Under the pieces are notes generated by a model. It was not told where the DNA came from. It made no database searches and was given only the letters and a program-made list of their open reading frames with translations. The translations under genes were made by a program, and so were the position numbers. Below, piece by piece: positions 38,935-48,324 of a stretch of 64,000 nt of DNA. Source of the stretch: a virus; IMG/VR virus record IMGVR_UViG_3300025133_009407, positions 3,232-67,231 of that record; one strand, written 5' to 3'. Each line of letters opens with the position of its first letter. Positions within the stretch are counted from its first letter, which is position 1.

Positions 38935-41718
38935 ATGGAATTGGCGTCGAAAATTTTATCTGACATAACGGTGCATATGAAGTATGCACGATATCTTGAT
39001 TCTGAAAACAGAAGAGAGAACTGGGACGAGCTTACAACCCGAAACAAAAATATGCACATTAAAAAGTTCCCTCACTTGGTAGATGAAATAGAGAGTGCGT
39101 ATCAATTCGTTTATAACAAACAAGTCCTTCCCTCTATGCGATCTATGCAATTTGGAGGAAAGCCGATAGAGGTTGCTCCAAATAGAATTTTTAATTGCTT
39201 TTCGGAAGATACAAGATTTATTACAACGATGGGCACAAAATCATTTTCTGATTTTAAAGACGGAGATATAGTAGTCGTCCCCACACATATGGGAAGATGC
39301 AAGGAGGCCGTAGTTCGCTCATATGGCAAGCAAGAATTATATGAAATTTCTCTAGCCAGAGGCCGTAGCACAAAAACAGTTTTTGCCACCAAAGATCACA
39401 GGTGGATAAATTTCGATGGGGAGTCAACAACTGAACTGAAAGCCGGGGATATACTCTTTCCAACTGTTAAAAATATAAATTTTGACTATGATAATGCCGA
39501 GCCCTTTGAAAAACTATACTGGTGTTATGGTTATGTGTACGGAGATGGGTCCGTAGTCACCTCTGGTAATAATAAATACAGCATGGCAAGGCTATGCGGA
39601 AAAGATAAGGAAAAGTATTTACACAGATTTGAGGAAATGGGATTTAAAACAAGTACTCCATTATCTTGTAATGGAGATCCGTATGTGTATACTGGCAAGT
39701 ACGCAAAGACTGCTCCAGACCCCACAGTGGACTCCCCTGCTTTGATAAAGGCGTTTTTCGACGGGTATATGGCTGCCGATGCTAGAAAAAATCCAGATTG
39801 GTATGAGAACAATACTTTATCAAAATATAGAAATATTCAGACGTCAGATATGGAGCATGCTAAGTTTATTGAGCTATGCTCAGAAATGTCTGGTTATTAT
39901 ATAACTAATAAAGCTGATTTAACGGGAGAGGTGACAAATTTCGGAACAAGAGGCGAGACATACCAGTATTCACTTGCCAATCATATTGGCAGCAGAAGAA
40001 ACACCGGCTGGGTAGTAAAAGAGGTAAAGCCCTCTGGAAGAATAGAGGGAGCTTGGTGCCTAGAGGTGGAAGATGATCATAGCTTCTTGCTATCCGGAGG
40101 GGTCGTGACCGGCAATTGTGGATACTTACCGGTTGATGATATTCGCGCATTCAGTGAGACCATGTTCCTTCTTCTTGGCGGAACAGGCATTGGGTATTCT
40201 GTTCAGAAGCATCATGTTGAGCGCCTGCCTGAGATTAGAAAGCCGAATCCTAAGAGAACAAGACGATTTTTAGTTGCAGACTCAATCGAGGGCTGGGCAG
40301 ACGCGGTAAAGGCTTTGGTTAACTCTTATTTTAAAGAGACTTCTAAGCTTCGATTTGATTTTTCTGATATTCGACCAAAGGGTGCAAGGCTAGTGACCTC
40401 TGGAGGCAAAGCTCCAGGCCCTCAGCCGCTCAGAGAGTGCTTGGTTAAGCTGGAAGGTATCCTCGACTCAAAAGAGACCGGGGATAGGCTCAGGCCGATA
40501 GAGGTCCATGATATGATGTGTTATATTGCGGATGCAGTTTTGGCCGGAGGCATCAGGCGTGCAGCTCTGATTTCTTTGTTCTCAGCAGATGACGATGAAA
40601 TGATCTCTGCTAAGTCCGGAAAGTGGTTTGAGACAAATCCTCAGCGAGGCAGGGCAAATAATTCTGTTGTCCTAATGAGGCATAGAATAACGAGAGGATA
40701 CTTTATGTCTCTATGGGAGAGGATTAAGGCATCTGGAGCTGGAGAGCCTGGATTCTATTTTACAAATGATAAGGATTGGGGTTGTAATCCATGTTGCGAA
40801 ATCGGCCTAAAGCCTTTCCAGTTTTGTAATTTAGTTGAGATAAACGCGTCGGACTTACTCGATCAGGACGATCTAAACGCTAGAGCTACAGCGGCAGCAT
40901 TCATTGGAACCCTGCAGGCTAGCTACACCGACTTTCACTATCTAAGGCCTATATGGCAGAGAACGACTGAGAAGGACGCTCTATTGGGAGCGAGCTTAAC
41001 TGGTATTGCTAGCGGCAAGGTGCTGGAGTTAAATATGACTCACGCGGCAGGACTGATTGGTGAGGAAAATATTCGAGTGGCCAAGATGATTGGTGTAAAC
41101 CCCGCTGCAAGAACAACTTGTGTTAAGCCAGCCGGAACGACCTCCCTTACTTTGGGTACTTCATCTGGAATTCATGCATGGCACAACGAGTACTACATCC
41201 GTAGACTCCGAGTTGGTAAGAATGAGTCAATATATTCTTACTTGGCAGCCAATCACCCAGAGCTTATCGATGATGAATTCTTCCGACCGCATGATACTGC
41301 TGTGATCTCTGTTCCGCAGAAGGCGCCAGAGGGAGCCATTACAAGGAACGAGAGCGCGCTAGACTTGCTAGAGAGAATTAAGAAGGTTACTAATAATTGG
41401 GTTCGCCCCGGGTATAGAAAGGGCCAAAACACACACAATGTCTCTGCTACGATTACCGTAAAAAATGAAGAGTGGGATATTGTTGCCGATTGGATGTGGG
41501 AGAATAGAGATGTATATAATGGTCTTTCAATCTTGCCACACTCTGAGCACACATATGTTCAGCCTCCATTCGAAGATTGTACAAAAGAAAAATACGTTGA
41601 GATGATGCGATCCTTAACAGATCTTGATATTGAAAACGTATTAGAGGAAGTTGATAATACAAATCTTTCAGGAGAGATTGCCTGCTCCGGAGGGTCTTGT
41701 GCTATCTCTTACTTGTAG
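38935..41718 (+). CDS. nrdJ: Class II (AdoCbl-dependent) ribonucleotide reductase, intein-containing
   Basis: LPSMRSMQFGG, IFN|CGY, GGIRRAALISL, GEPG, NPCCEI, FCNLVE, CVKPAGT; C-terminal CSGGSC. Confidence 0.93.
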   Translation: MELASKILSDITVHMKYARYLDSENRRENWDELTTRNKNMHIKKFPHLVDEIESAYQFVYNKQVLPSMRSMQFGGKPIEVAPNRIFNCFSEDTRFITTMGTKSFSDFKDGDIVVVPTHMGRCKEAVVRSYGKQELYEISLARGRSTKTVFATKDHRWINFDGESTTELKAGDILFPTVKNINFDYDNAEPFEKLYWCYGYVYGDGSVVTSGNNKYSMARLCGKDKEKYLHRFEEMGFKTSTPLSCNGDPYVYTGKYAKTAPDPTVDSPALIKAFFDGYMAADARKNPDWYENNTLSKYRNIQTSDMEHAKFIELCSEMSGYYITNKADLTGEVTNFGTRGETYQYSLANHIGSRRNTGWVVKEVKPSGRIEGAWCLEVEDDHSFLLSGGVVTGNCGYLPVDDIRAFSETMFLLLGGTGIGYSVQKHHVERLPEIRKPNPKRTRRFLVADSIEGWADAVKALVNSYFKETSKLRFDFSDIRPKGARLVTSGGKAPGPQPLRECLVKLEGILDSKETGDRLRPIEVHDMMCYIADAVLAGGIRRAALISLFSADDDEMISAKSGKWFETNPQRGRANNSVVLMRHRITRGYFMSLWERIKASGAGEPGFYFTNDKDWGCNPCCEIGLKPFQFCNLVEINASDLLDQDDLNARATAAAFIGTLQASYTDFHYLRPIWQRTTEKDALLGASLTGIASGKVLELNMTHAAGLIGEENIRVAKMIGVNPAARTTCVKPAGTTSLTLGTSSGIHAWHNEYYIRRLRVGKNESIYSYLAANHPELIDDEFFRPHDTAVISVPQKAPEGAITRNESALDLLERIKKVTNNWVRPGYRKGQNTHNVSATITVKNEEWDIVADWMWENRDVYNGLSILPHSEHTYVQPPFEDCTKEKYVEMMRSLTDLDIENVLEEVDNTNLSGEIACSGGSCAISYL
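39196..40116 (+). mobile_element. Intein (307 aa) in nrdJ
   Basis: Starts CFSEDT, ends VVTGN followed by Cys; GYVYGDG and FFDGYMAADA. Confidence 0.9.
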
Positions 41719-41736
41719 AGTATTATATTAGAGATA

Positions 41737-42093
41737 ATGATAACTAAGATTTTAACAGATCGCGTAAACTTTGATCGAGACGTAAAAGAGATACGTCAGC
41801 AATGGTTACGCGATCTGTTTTTATTTATAGGGCTTGATGCAGATGGCATGCTGGAGATCCCTCGGGATCAGGCTATAGACTACATGCTCGAAAATAATGT
41901 TGAAGTCATAGAGTATAAAGGTATAGAGGCTTTGGAGATTAAGCTTGACGGAGAAACCGTAGGCGAGTGGGCCGGACCTGAATATAAGTTAAAAGAAGAC
42001 CAAGAAGATCGGTCTCTTTATTTTGAAGCAACAATAGAACATTGGTCGATCATAGAAGATGATATGGACATTGATACAGCGGAGACACCTTGA
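41737..42093 (+). CDS. Hypothetical acidic protein
   Basis: 118-aa ORF between nrdJ and phoH with a coupled stop/start. Confidence 0.7.
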   Translation: MITKILTDRVNFDRDVKEIRQQWLRDLFLFIGLDADGMLEIPRDQAIDYMLENNVEVIEYKGIEALEIKLDGETVGEWAGPEYKLKEDQEDRSLYFEATIEHWSIIEDDMDIDTAETP

Positions 42094-45000
42094 AGAACAA
42101 TAAGAAAAATTTTATATTAGATACATCAGTTTTAGTTTACCATGAAGATTCAATTCATGCTTTTCCAAATCAAAATGTAATTATCCCGATGGAAGTTTTA
42201 GAAGAGGTGGATAATCTAAAGATGAGACACGATGCTGTTGGAAATGCTGCGCGCTATATAAATAGGTTTCTTGATGAGCTGAGACAGCATGGCTCTCTAA
42301 AAGATGGCGTTACTCTTGAAAATGGTGAAACGATATCTGTTTATGTCGAATCTGAATATGACGAGCTTCCAAGTTCGATGCTGGATACTAATGATAATAA
42401 AATTATCGCTGTAGCCTTAAAGATGTCTAAGAAGCTAAAGAATGTTGTTCTTATTTCACGAGATATTAATGTGAGAGTAAAGTGTGACTCTTTGGGTATC
42501 GCTTCTGAAAATTATCACAAGGAAAAAGCTGTCATTAGCCGAAAAGGTGCATACACTGGAGTCACAGTAAAGCAATTTGAGCCTGCAGATATTCAGGAAT
42601 TTTATGACTTAGGAGGTATAGACTATAATGGTGGAGATTTATTTACAAACGAATTCTTAGTATTAAAGGGCGGGGCCCAAAGCGCATTAGGCATGTTTAG
42701 AAACGGCAGAATAAAGCCTCTAGCTTTTAATAAGAGAAATAATTTAGTACAAGGAATAACTCCCAGAAACAAGGAGCAGTCTTTTGCTTTAGAGTCCTTG
42801 CTTGACCCGAATATACACCTGGCAACATTATCTGGGATTGCGGGCAGCGGTAAGGCTCAACCTTTAGATAGCAAGATTTTGACACCAACCGGATGGACTA
42901 CAATGGGCGAGGTACAGATTGGCTCAAAGGTTATCGGAAAAGACGGACGTTCAGCAAATGTTATAGGAGTATATCCACAAGGAATCAAAGATATATATCG
43001 TATTAAATTTTCTGATGGCACCTCAACAAGGGCATGTGGAGAGCATCTGTGGCATACAAGAACGCAACTTGATCGTGATACTAAACGAGGCGGCAGCATA
43101 AAAAGCACTTATGAGATGATGGAGTCTCTTCGCTCTGGAAAATGTTCAAAGAAAAATCATTCTATTCCAATAGTCTCTCCTGTAGAGTTTCGGTCACCTG
43201 GCCCGCTTCCAATGCATCCTTATTTGCTTGGCTCCCTTTTGGGTGATGGAGGCATGTCTGTCGGAAACCCCGTCTTCTCATCGGAAGATGAGGAATCTGT
43301 CGAGATTTTAGCAGAGATGCTTTTTGCTATTGATTGTGATATTAAAAAAATTCCGAATAGTAGCTGCGATTATCGTATAACTGGATTTTTAGATGCTTCT
43401 TGCGGCGGGGCAATATCTCGTAGGCTTAGATCTACAAATATCTTCACTGGAGATATAGATATATATGAATCGCCAAAATATATTAAGGAAAAAAGTGATC
43501 TTTGTTACTCATCAATTTCTAGAGCAATATCTAAGGAGAATAGAGTATATAGGGATTGTGAGTGGGAATATCTAGATAAAAATAAGCAGTCCAATAACCC
43601 TCTTAAAAGTTTACTTATGCAAGAGGGACTCTGGGGGTGTCGATCAGGAGATAAGTTTATTCCAGATAGATATAAGTTTACTAGTGTCGAGAATCGTATA
43701 AGCTTATTACGAGGACTAATGGACACAGATGGGACTGTAAGTAAAAGCGGGCATCAGCCGACATTTTGCTCTACCTCTAAGGCTCTTGCGGAAGATACCG
43801 CGTTTCTAGTACGCTCGCTAGGAGGAAAGGCGACTATATCAAGCAGATATACAACATATACGCATAAGAATGAGAAAAAAATAGGAAAGCAAAGTTATCG
43901 TGTTCGAATATCTCTTAAGGAGGGATATAATCCCTTTTTATTAAAGAGAAAAGCGGACCGCTGGATTCCTAATAAATTGGTAAATCTTCGAAAGTATGTT
44001 GATTCCATTGAGTTTGAAGAAAAGACTTATGCACAATGTATTATGATTGATAGTGAGGATCATCTTTATGTTACTGACGATTGTATCGTAACTCATAATA
44101 CGTTGCTCGCAACTGCCGCTGCAGTACATATGCTGAACGAGGGAGTATATGAAAAGATTGTTATATCCAGGCCAATCCAGTCCTTAAGTGGAGAGATGGG
44201 TTTTTTGCCTGGGCCGCAGCCGCTTGATGCAAAGGTTCTGACTCCATCCGGCTGGACTACAATGGGGGAAGTCAAAGTAGGGTCTAGCGTTATCTCCAGA
44301 AATGGAGTGGCAACTAAGGTTCTTGGGACGTATCCAAAGGGGACAAAGGATATTTATAAAATTACAACACGAGATGGAAGAACCACAGAGTGCTGTGAGG
44401 ATCATCTGTGGTTTACTAGAACAGCTGAAGATAAAAAAAGAGGCAGGCCAGGAGGGGTTAAGGCTACAAGAGATATAATTAACTCTTTGTATACGGCGGG
44501 CGGAAAAATAAATCATTTTCTTCCAAGAAATGAACCAATCCAGTTTGAGCCTAAAGAGCTGCCTTTGCCGCCATATTTATTAGGTGCTTTAATCGGAGAC
44601 GGAAGCTTATCTGATAGTATAAGCTTTTTCAACGTAGACAAAGAAGTTATAGAGAGGGTTCGCTTAGAGACGGAGTCTCTCGGGTGTAGCCTTGTTCGTT
44701 CTGGGGAAACTATTCAGTATAACTTAAGAGGAAATGAAAGAAATAAGAAGCCGGCACAGCCAATTCGGATAACTAATATAAAAACTGGAGATATAACTGA
44801 ATACTCAAGAGTCGGCATAGCGTCCGAGGATATGGGCATAGATAAAGGTACTCTGCGATCAAGATGTAATAGCGTTCATCCACATAATGGCATGTCATAC
44901 GAATTTTTAGAAAAGAAGAATAGATGGCAGAACCCAATAAAAGAGGAGTTACATAATTTGGGAATTTTATTTCAAGGATCCAAAAATAAGTCTATTCCAA

Positions 45001-45851
45001 GCATTTATCTGTATAATTCTTCCATAGAAGATAGAATTTCTCTCCTAAGGGGGCTAATGGATACAGATGGAACTATAAAGAAAAATGGCGAAACCGTCTT
45101 TTATACTACGTCTAAGCAATTAAAAGATGACATAACCACTTTGGTAAGATCTTTGGGTGGAAATGTAACTGCTCGAGAAAGAGATAGGGAAAAAGAAGAG
45201 TCCAAAATGCTTGCCGGAAGAGCAATCAAATCTGGAAAAATCTTTGATTGCCAAATAAGTCTTCTAAATAATATTAATCCTTTCTTTCTGAAGCGAAAAG
45301 CAGAACGACGTAATACAAAATTTATATATGATATTTGTATTTCTTCTATAGAATATATTGGAAAGAAAGAAGCAAAATGTATTATGATAGATAATCCAGA
45401 GCACTTGTATGTAACGGATGACTTTATAGTAACTCATAATACCAAGTACGAGAAGATGGAGCCTTGGATTCAGCCAATCATAGATAATTTAAAGTTCATC
45501 TTTAAAAATGGAGAAACATATTTCCAAATGATGATGGAGAAGGGTCAGCTAGAAGTTGAGGCTTTATCATTCATTAGGGGAAGAAGTCTTCCTAATACTA
45601 TCTTTATTTTAGACGAGGCTCAGAACATCACTTACACTGAGGCTAAGGCCGTCATAACAAGAATGGGAGACAATTCAAAGCTTGTTATGCTAGGCGATTT
45701 AGAGCAGATAGATGCTCCACATTTAGATGCGGCAACCTGTGGCCTTGGAGCTATTGTTGAGAGGTTTAAGGATTTTCACCTAGCTTCACATATTACCCTT
45801 CTCAAGGGAGAGCGGAGTCCTCTGGCAGCATACGCTGCTACGATACTATAA
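42090..45851 (+). CDS. phoH: PIN-PhoH (PhoH2-type) protein with two inteins
   Basis: PIN: FILDTSV, EEVD, NDNKI, SRDINVRVK. PhoH: GIAGSGK|T, GFLPG|TK.EKM.PW, RGRSL, DEAQN, GD..QID. Confidence 0.93.
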   Translation: MKNNKKNFILDTSVLVYHEDSIHAFPNQNVIIPMEVLEEVDNLKMRHDAVGNAARYINRFLDELRQHGSLKDGVTLENGETISVYVESEYDELPSSMLDTNDNKIIAVALKMSKKLKNVVLISRDINVRVKCDSLGIASENYHKEKAVISRKGAYTGVTVKQFEPADIQEFYDLGGIDYNGGDLFTNEFLVLKGGAQSALGMFRNGRIKPLAFNKRNNLVQGITPRNKEQSFALESLLDPNIHLATLSGIAGSGKAQPLDSKILTPTGWTTMGEVQIGSKVIGKDGRSANVIGVYPQGIKDIYRIKFSDGTSTRACGEHLWHTRTQLDRDTKRGGSIKSTYEMMESLRSGKCSKKNHSIPIVSPVEFRSPGPLPMHPYLLGSLLGDGGMSVGNPVFSSEDEESVEILAEMLFAIDCDIKKIPNSSCDYRITGFLDASCGGAISRRLRSTNIFTGDIDIYESPKYIKEKSDLCYSSISRAISKENRVYRDCEWEYLDKNKQSNNPLKSLLMQEGLWGCRSGDKFIPDRYKFTSVENRISLLRGLMDTDGTVSKSGHQPTFCSTSKALAEDTAFLVRSLGGKATISSRYTTYTHKNEKKIGKQSYRVRISLKEGYNPFLLKRKADRWIPNKLVNLRKYVDSIEFEEKTYAQCIMIDSEDHLYVTDDCIVTHNTLLATAAAVHMLNEGVYEKIVISRPIQSLSGEMGFLPGPQPLDAKVLTPSGWTTMGEVKVGSSVISRNGVATKVLGTYPKGTKDIYKITTRDGRTTECCEDHLWFTRTAEDKKRGRPGGVKATRDIINSLYTAGGKINHFLPRNEPIQFEPKELPLPPYLLGALIGDGSLSDSISFFNVDKEVIERVRLETESLGCSLVRSGETIQYNLRGNERNKKPAQPIRITNIKTGDITEYSRVGIASEDMGIDKGTLRSRCNSVHPHNGMSYEFLEKKNRWQNPIKEELHNLGILFQGSKNKSIPSIYLYNSSIEDRISLLRGLMDTDGTIKKNGETVFYTTSKQLKDDITTLVRSLGGNVTARERDREKEESKMLAGRAIKSGKIFDCQISLLNNINPFFLKRKAERRNTKFIYDICISSIEYIGKKEAKCIMIDNPEHLYVTDDFIVTHNTKYEKMEPWIQPIIDNLKFIFKNGETYFQMMMEKGQLEVEALSFIRGRSLPNTIFILDEAQNITYTEAKAVITRMGDNSKLVMLGDLEQIDAPHLDAATCGLGAIVERFKDFHLASHITLLKGERSPLAAYAATIL
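42855..44099 (+). mobile_element. Class 3 intein (415 aa, Ala1) in the PhoH P-loop
   Basis: Starts AQPLDSKIL, ends VTHN|T; WCT triad EHLW / AQCI / YVT; LAGLIDADG motifs. Confidence 0.9.
44214..45440 (+). mobile_element. Class 3 intein (409 aa, Pro1) after the PhoH GFLPG motif
   Basis: Starts PQPLDAKVL, ends VTHN|T; WCT triad DHLW / AKCI / YVT; LAGLIDADG motifs. Confidence 0.9.
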
Positions 45852-45855
45852 TCTG

Positions 45856-46026
45856 ATGAAGATTTACGATTTTATTTATGACAAATTAAATCGAAAAAAG
45901 AAGAAAATTGAAAGACAACGGCCTCATGCTCCGCTCCCGAAGCATGAGGTGCCAAGAGAGAAGCCTAAGGATAAAGACAAGGAGGACGCGAAAAGTGATC
46001 GTGGCGTTATTGTTATTCAGCTTTAG
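45856..46026 (+). CDS. Small protein (56 aa), not in the ORF track
   Basis: MKIYDFIYDKLNRKKKKIERQRPHAPLPKHEVPREKPKDKDKEDAKSDRGVIVIQL fills the phoH-LysM gap. Confidence 0.6.
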   Translation: MKIYDFIYDKLNRKKKKIERQRPHAPLPKHEVPREKPKDKDKEDAKSDRGVIVIQL

Positions 46027-46043
46027 AGCGTGGAAAAAAAGAA

Positions 46044-46781
46044 ATGATTAAATCACTAACCCTGCTTGCAAACGCTTTAGATGAGAAAGGTTTCTTTAAA
46101 GAGGCCGACGGTATAGACGAGATATTATCTAATCTGAAAGATAGGCATTTACGCTCTCATATTGTCGCTTCTGGTGAAGTCTTAGGTGTGATAGCTAATA
46201 ATTATAACGTGACTGTAGATGAGATACTTGAGCTGAACAAGTTAGAGTCTCCTGACAAAATTAGTATTGGGCAAGAGCTTATTATCCCTGATGAGACAGG
46301 ATTTTCCAATAAGAATCCTGAGCCTTTGGTGGAATATGACGTTACTGATGATGAGATAGTTGCAGCAACCCTTATGGGAGAGGGTGGTTCGATGTATGAT
46401 CTAAATATTATGAAGAGAGTCTATACCGTTATTTTAAACAGAAGTGAGCATAGTGGAAAGTCTCCAAAAGAAGTAGTTTTGAGTCCAAGGCAATTTTCTT
46501 ACTGGAATGATGGAATAACTGCAGATCATGTTTCTGAAAAAGTAAATGAATGGAAGTTCGGAACACTTCCGGCAACGCAAGAGCGATGGAAAGAAGCAAT
46601 GGCGATTGTGGAGTCCGGATTAACTTCTTCAGAAGTAGGGGCCTCTGCATATTATCTTAATACTCAGCTGGCAGGAAAGGGGTTTATAGGCCCGAATTGG
46701 AAGCTAATATATGAAGGCGATGCTGGTGACCCACACTCTTATGGTTTGAATGGTCCTCCTTGGGACGACCATAAAGCATAA
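46044..46781 (+). CDS. LysM domain plus SleB-like cell wall hydrolase
   Basis: LysM HIVASGEVLGVIANNYNVTVDEILELN..ISIGQELIIP; ATLMGEG, VILNR, VVLSPRQFSYWN. Confidence 0.85.
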   Translation: MIKSLTLLANALDEKGFFKEADGIDEILSNLKDRHLRSHIVASGEVLGVIANNYNVTVDEILELNKLESPDKISIGQELIIPDETGFSNKNPEPLVEYDVTDDEIVAATLMGEGGSMYDLNIMKRVYTVILNRSEHSGKSPKEVVLSPRQFSYWNDGITADHVSEKVNEWKFGTLPATQERWKEAMAIVESGLTSSEVGASAYYLNTQLAGKGFIGPNWKLIYEGDAGDPHSYGLNGPPWDDHKA

Positions 46782-46784
46782 TTT

Positions 46785-47327
46785 ATGAATAAGAAACTAC
46801 AAGTAATTGACTGCCAAAGCTCTTGTAAGATGACAAAACAAACCAGAGAGGGATCTCATTGCAACCAAAAAGCTGCTATTGTAGATGGCCGAGTATTTTT
46901 TGGTTGCAATGAGAGTTTGAAGTTAGAGCCAAAAGAAGTAAGACAATTTTTTTCCTGTGACCTTTGGAATATGGGGCTGGAAGAGAGCTGCCTAACTTGC
47001 GAACTAGAATGTATTAACAATAAAAATGAGAAGATGAAAGATACTCTAGCTGAGAAGAAAAAGCTAGATAATGTTATTGAGAGACTAAGGCCGAATATGG
47101 TTCTTTATGGAGTTTCTGCTGAGCAGGTAACTAAGATAAGCTCTAAATACGCAAAGAGAGGGGCAGATGGAAGTCGAGATAAAATGGGATCTGAAGCAAT
47201 TAAGCATGCAAATTTTGCGAATGAAGCTTTGAAGATGATCCTGAAAGGGAATCCGATTGACGCAGCGTTCTTCTCTCTCTACGCCAAGAAGGCGTCAGGT
47301 AGATTAAAGAAGATTAAAAAGAAATAA
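46785..47327 (+). CDS. Hypothetical Cys-rich protein
   Basis: 180-aa ORF with multiple N-terminal Cys. Confidence 0.65.
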   Translation: MNKKLQVIDCQSSCKMTKQTREGSHCNQKAAIVDGRVFFGCNESLKLEPKEVRQFFSCDLWNMGLEESCLTCELECINNKNEKMKDTLAEKKKLDNVIERLRPNMVLYGVSAEQVTKISSKYAKRGADGSRDKMGSEAIKHANFANEALKMILKGNPIDAAFFSLYAKKASGRLKKIKKK

Positions 47328-48095
47328 TCAGTTATCTAAGAAGAATTTTATATCATCTGCAGACACCGCTATGCCACCGTAATGGGGCAGCGCTCCAAAT
47401 AATATTCCTATAACTTCTCCGTCCAATGTATAGACAGGACTTCCGCTATGTCCCGGAAGTATCTCCTCAGATACCATTATGAACTTATTTCCGTATAAAG
47501 ATAGTGGGGGTATACCTACCTTGTTTCTATCTAGAAACGATGAGATATAAGTATCTAATATTATAGGAAAGTCGCCAGCAGGGGCTCCAATTATATAAAC
47601 TTTTTCAAATATTTGAGGATAGTAAAGATCGTCAATAATCTTTACAGGCTTAATAAATCCGCGAGCCTGAATGATACAGAGATCCAAAGCTGGGCTCGTC
47701 TTCATGACTTTTAAATCACTATCTTCTTCTGACCAATCGATCTGCTCTCTGTTATAATTTTCGATAACCAAAGAAGAGTGCGGGTCTATATCTCTGCAGA
47801 AGTGATCATTGGTTAAGATTAAAGAAGAGTCTGATCTTACGTCGTAAGATATAGAGAAGCCTGTGGCGGAAGTAGAAAACTTTGAACCATCAGCTATTCT
47901 TTCTCCGCGATGAGAAAGTTTTACAACTGGAAGAACCATAGCCTTCACTCTTATTGCTGCGGGCTCGGAATACCTTATTTGCTCAGGCTTCTCCGTAGTA
48001 ACTATCTTGAAAGTCAAAAGAAATATTGTTGTTATCAATAAAGAAATCATCGAGAAAGTGAATATATTTTTGATTCTTTTATTCATACTATACAT
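47328..48095 (-). CDS. Trypsin-like serine protease with N-terminal membrane anchor
   Basis: Triad motifs LTNDHFC, DLCI, PGHSGSPV; hydrophobic N-terminus. Confidence 0.88.
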   Translation of the reverse strand: MYSMNKRIKNIFTFSMISLLITTIFLLTFKIVTTEKPEQIRYSEPAAIRVKAMVLPVVKLSHRGERIADGSKFSTSATGFSISYDVRSDSSLILTNDHFCRDIDPHSSLVIENYNREQIDWSEEDSDLKVMKTSPALDLCIIQARGFIKPVKIIDDLYYPQIFEKVYIIGAPAGDFPIILDTYISSFLDRNKVGIPPLSLYGNKFIMVSEEILPGHSGSPVYTLDGEVIGILFGALPHYGGIAVSADDIKFFLDN

Positions 48096-48168
48096 ATATA
48101 TGCGGTAACATTAATATGTTCAAACGTTTTAGATACTAATAATTCCTAAATAGGTCGAGGGTAAAATT

Positions 48169-48309
48169 ATGGGATGTGGATGTGGAAAAAAGGTTTCTAG
48201 AAGCAAAAAAGCTGTAACCAAAAGGAATCTGAAAACAAAAAAGAAGACTATAATTAGGAAAAAGAGAGTTAATAAGTTAATCTCGATACCCGGAACTGCA
48301 AAGAAATAA
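48169..48309 (+). CDS. Small highly basic protein (46 aa), not in the ORF track
   Basis: MGCGCGKKVSRSKKAVTKRNLKTKKKTIIRKKRVNKLISIPGTAKK; SD GAGG; fills the gap. Confidence 0.65.
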   Translation: MGCGCGKKVSRSKKAVTKRNLKTKKKTIIRKKRVNKLISIPGTAKK

Positions 48310-48324
48310 TTCTTATAACATCAA

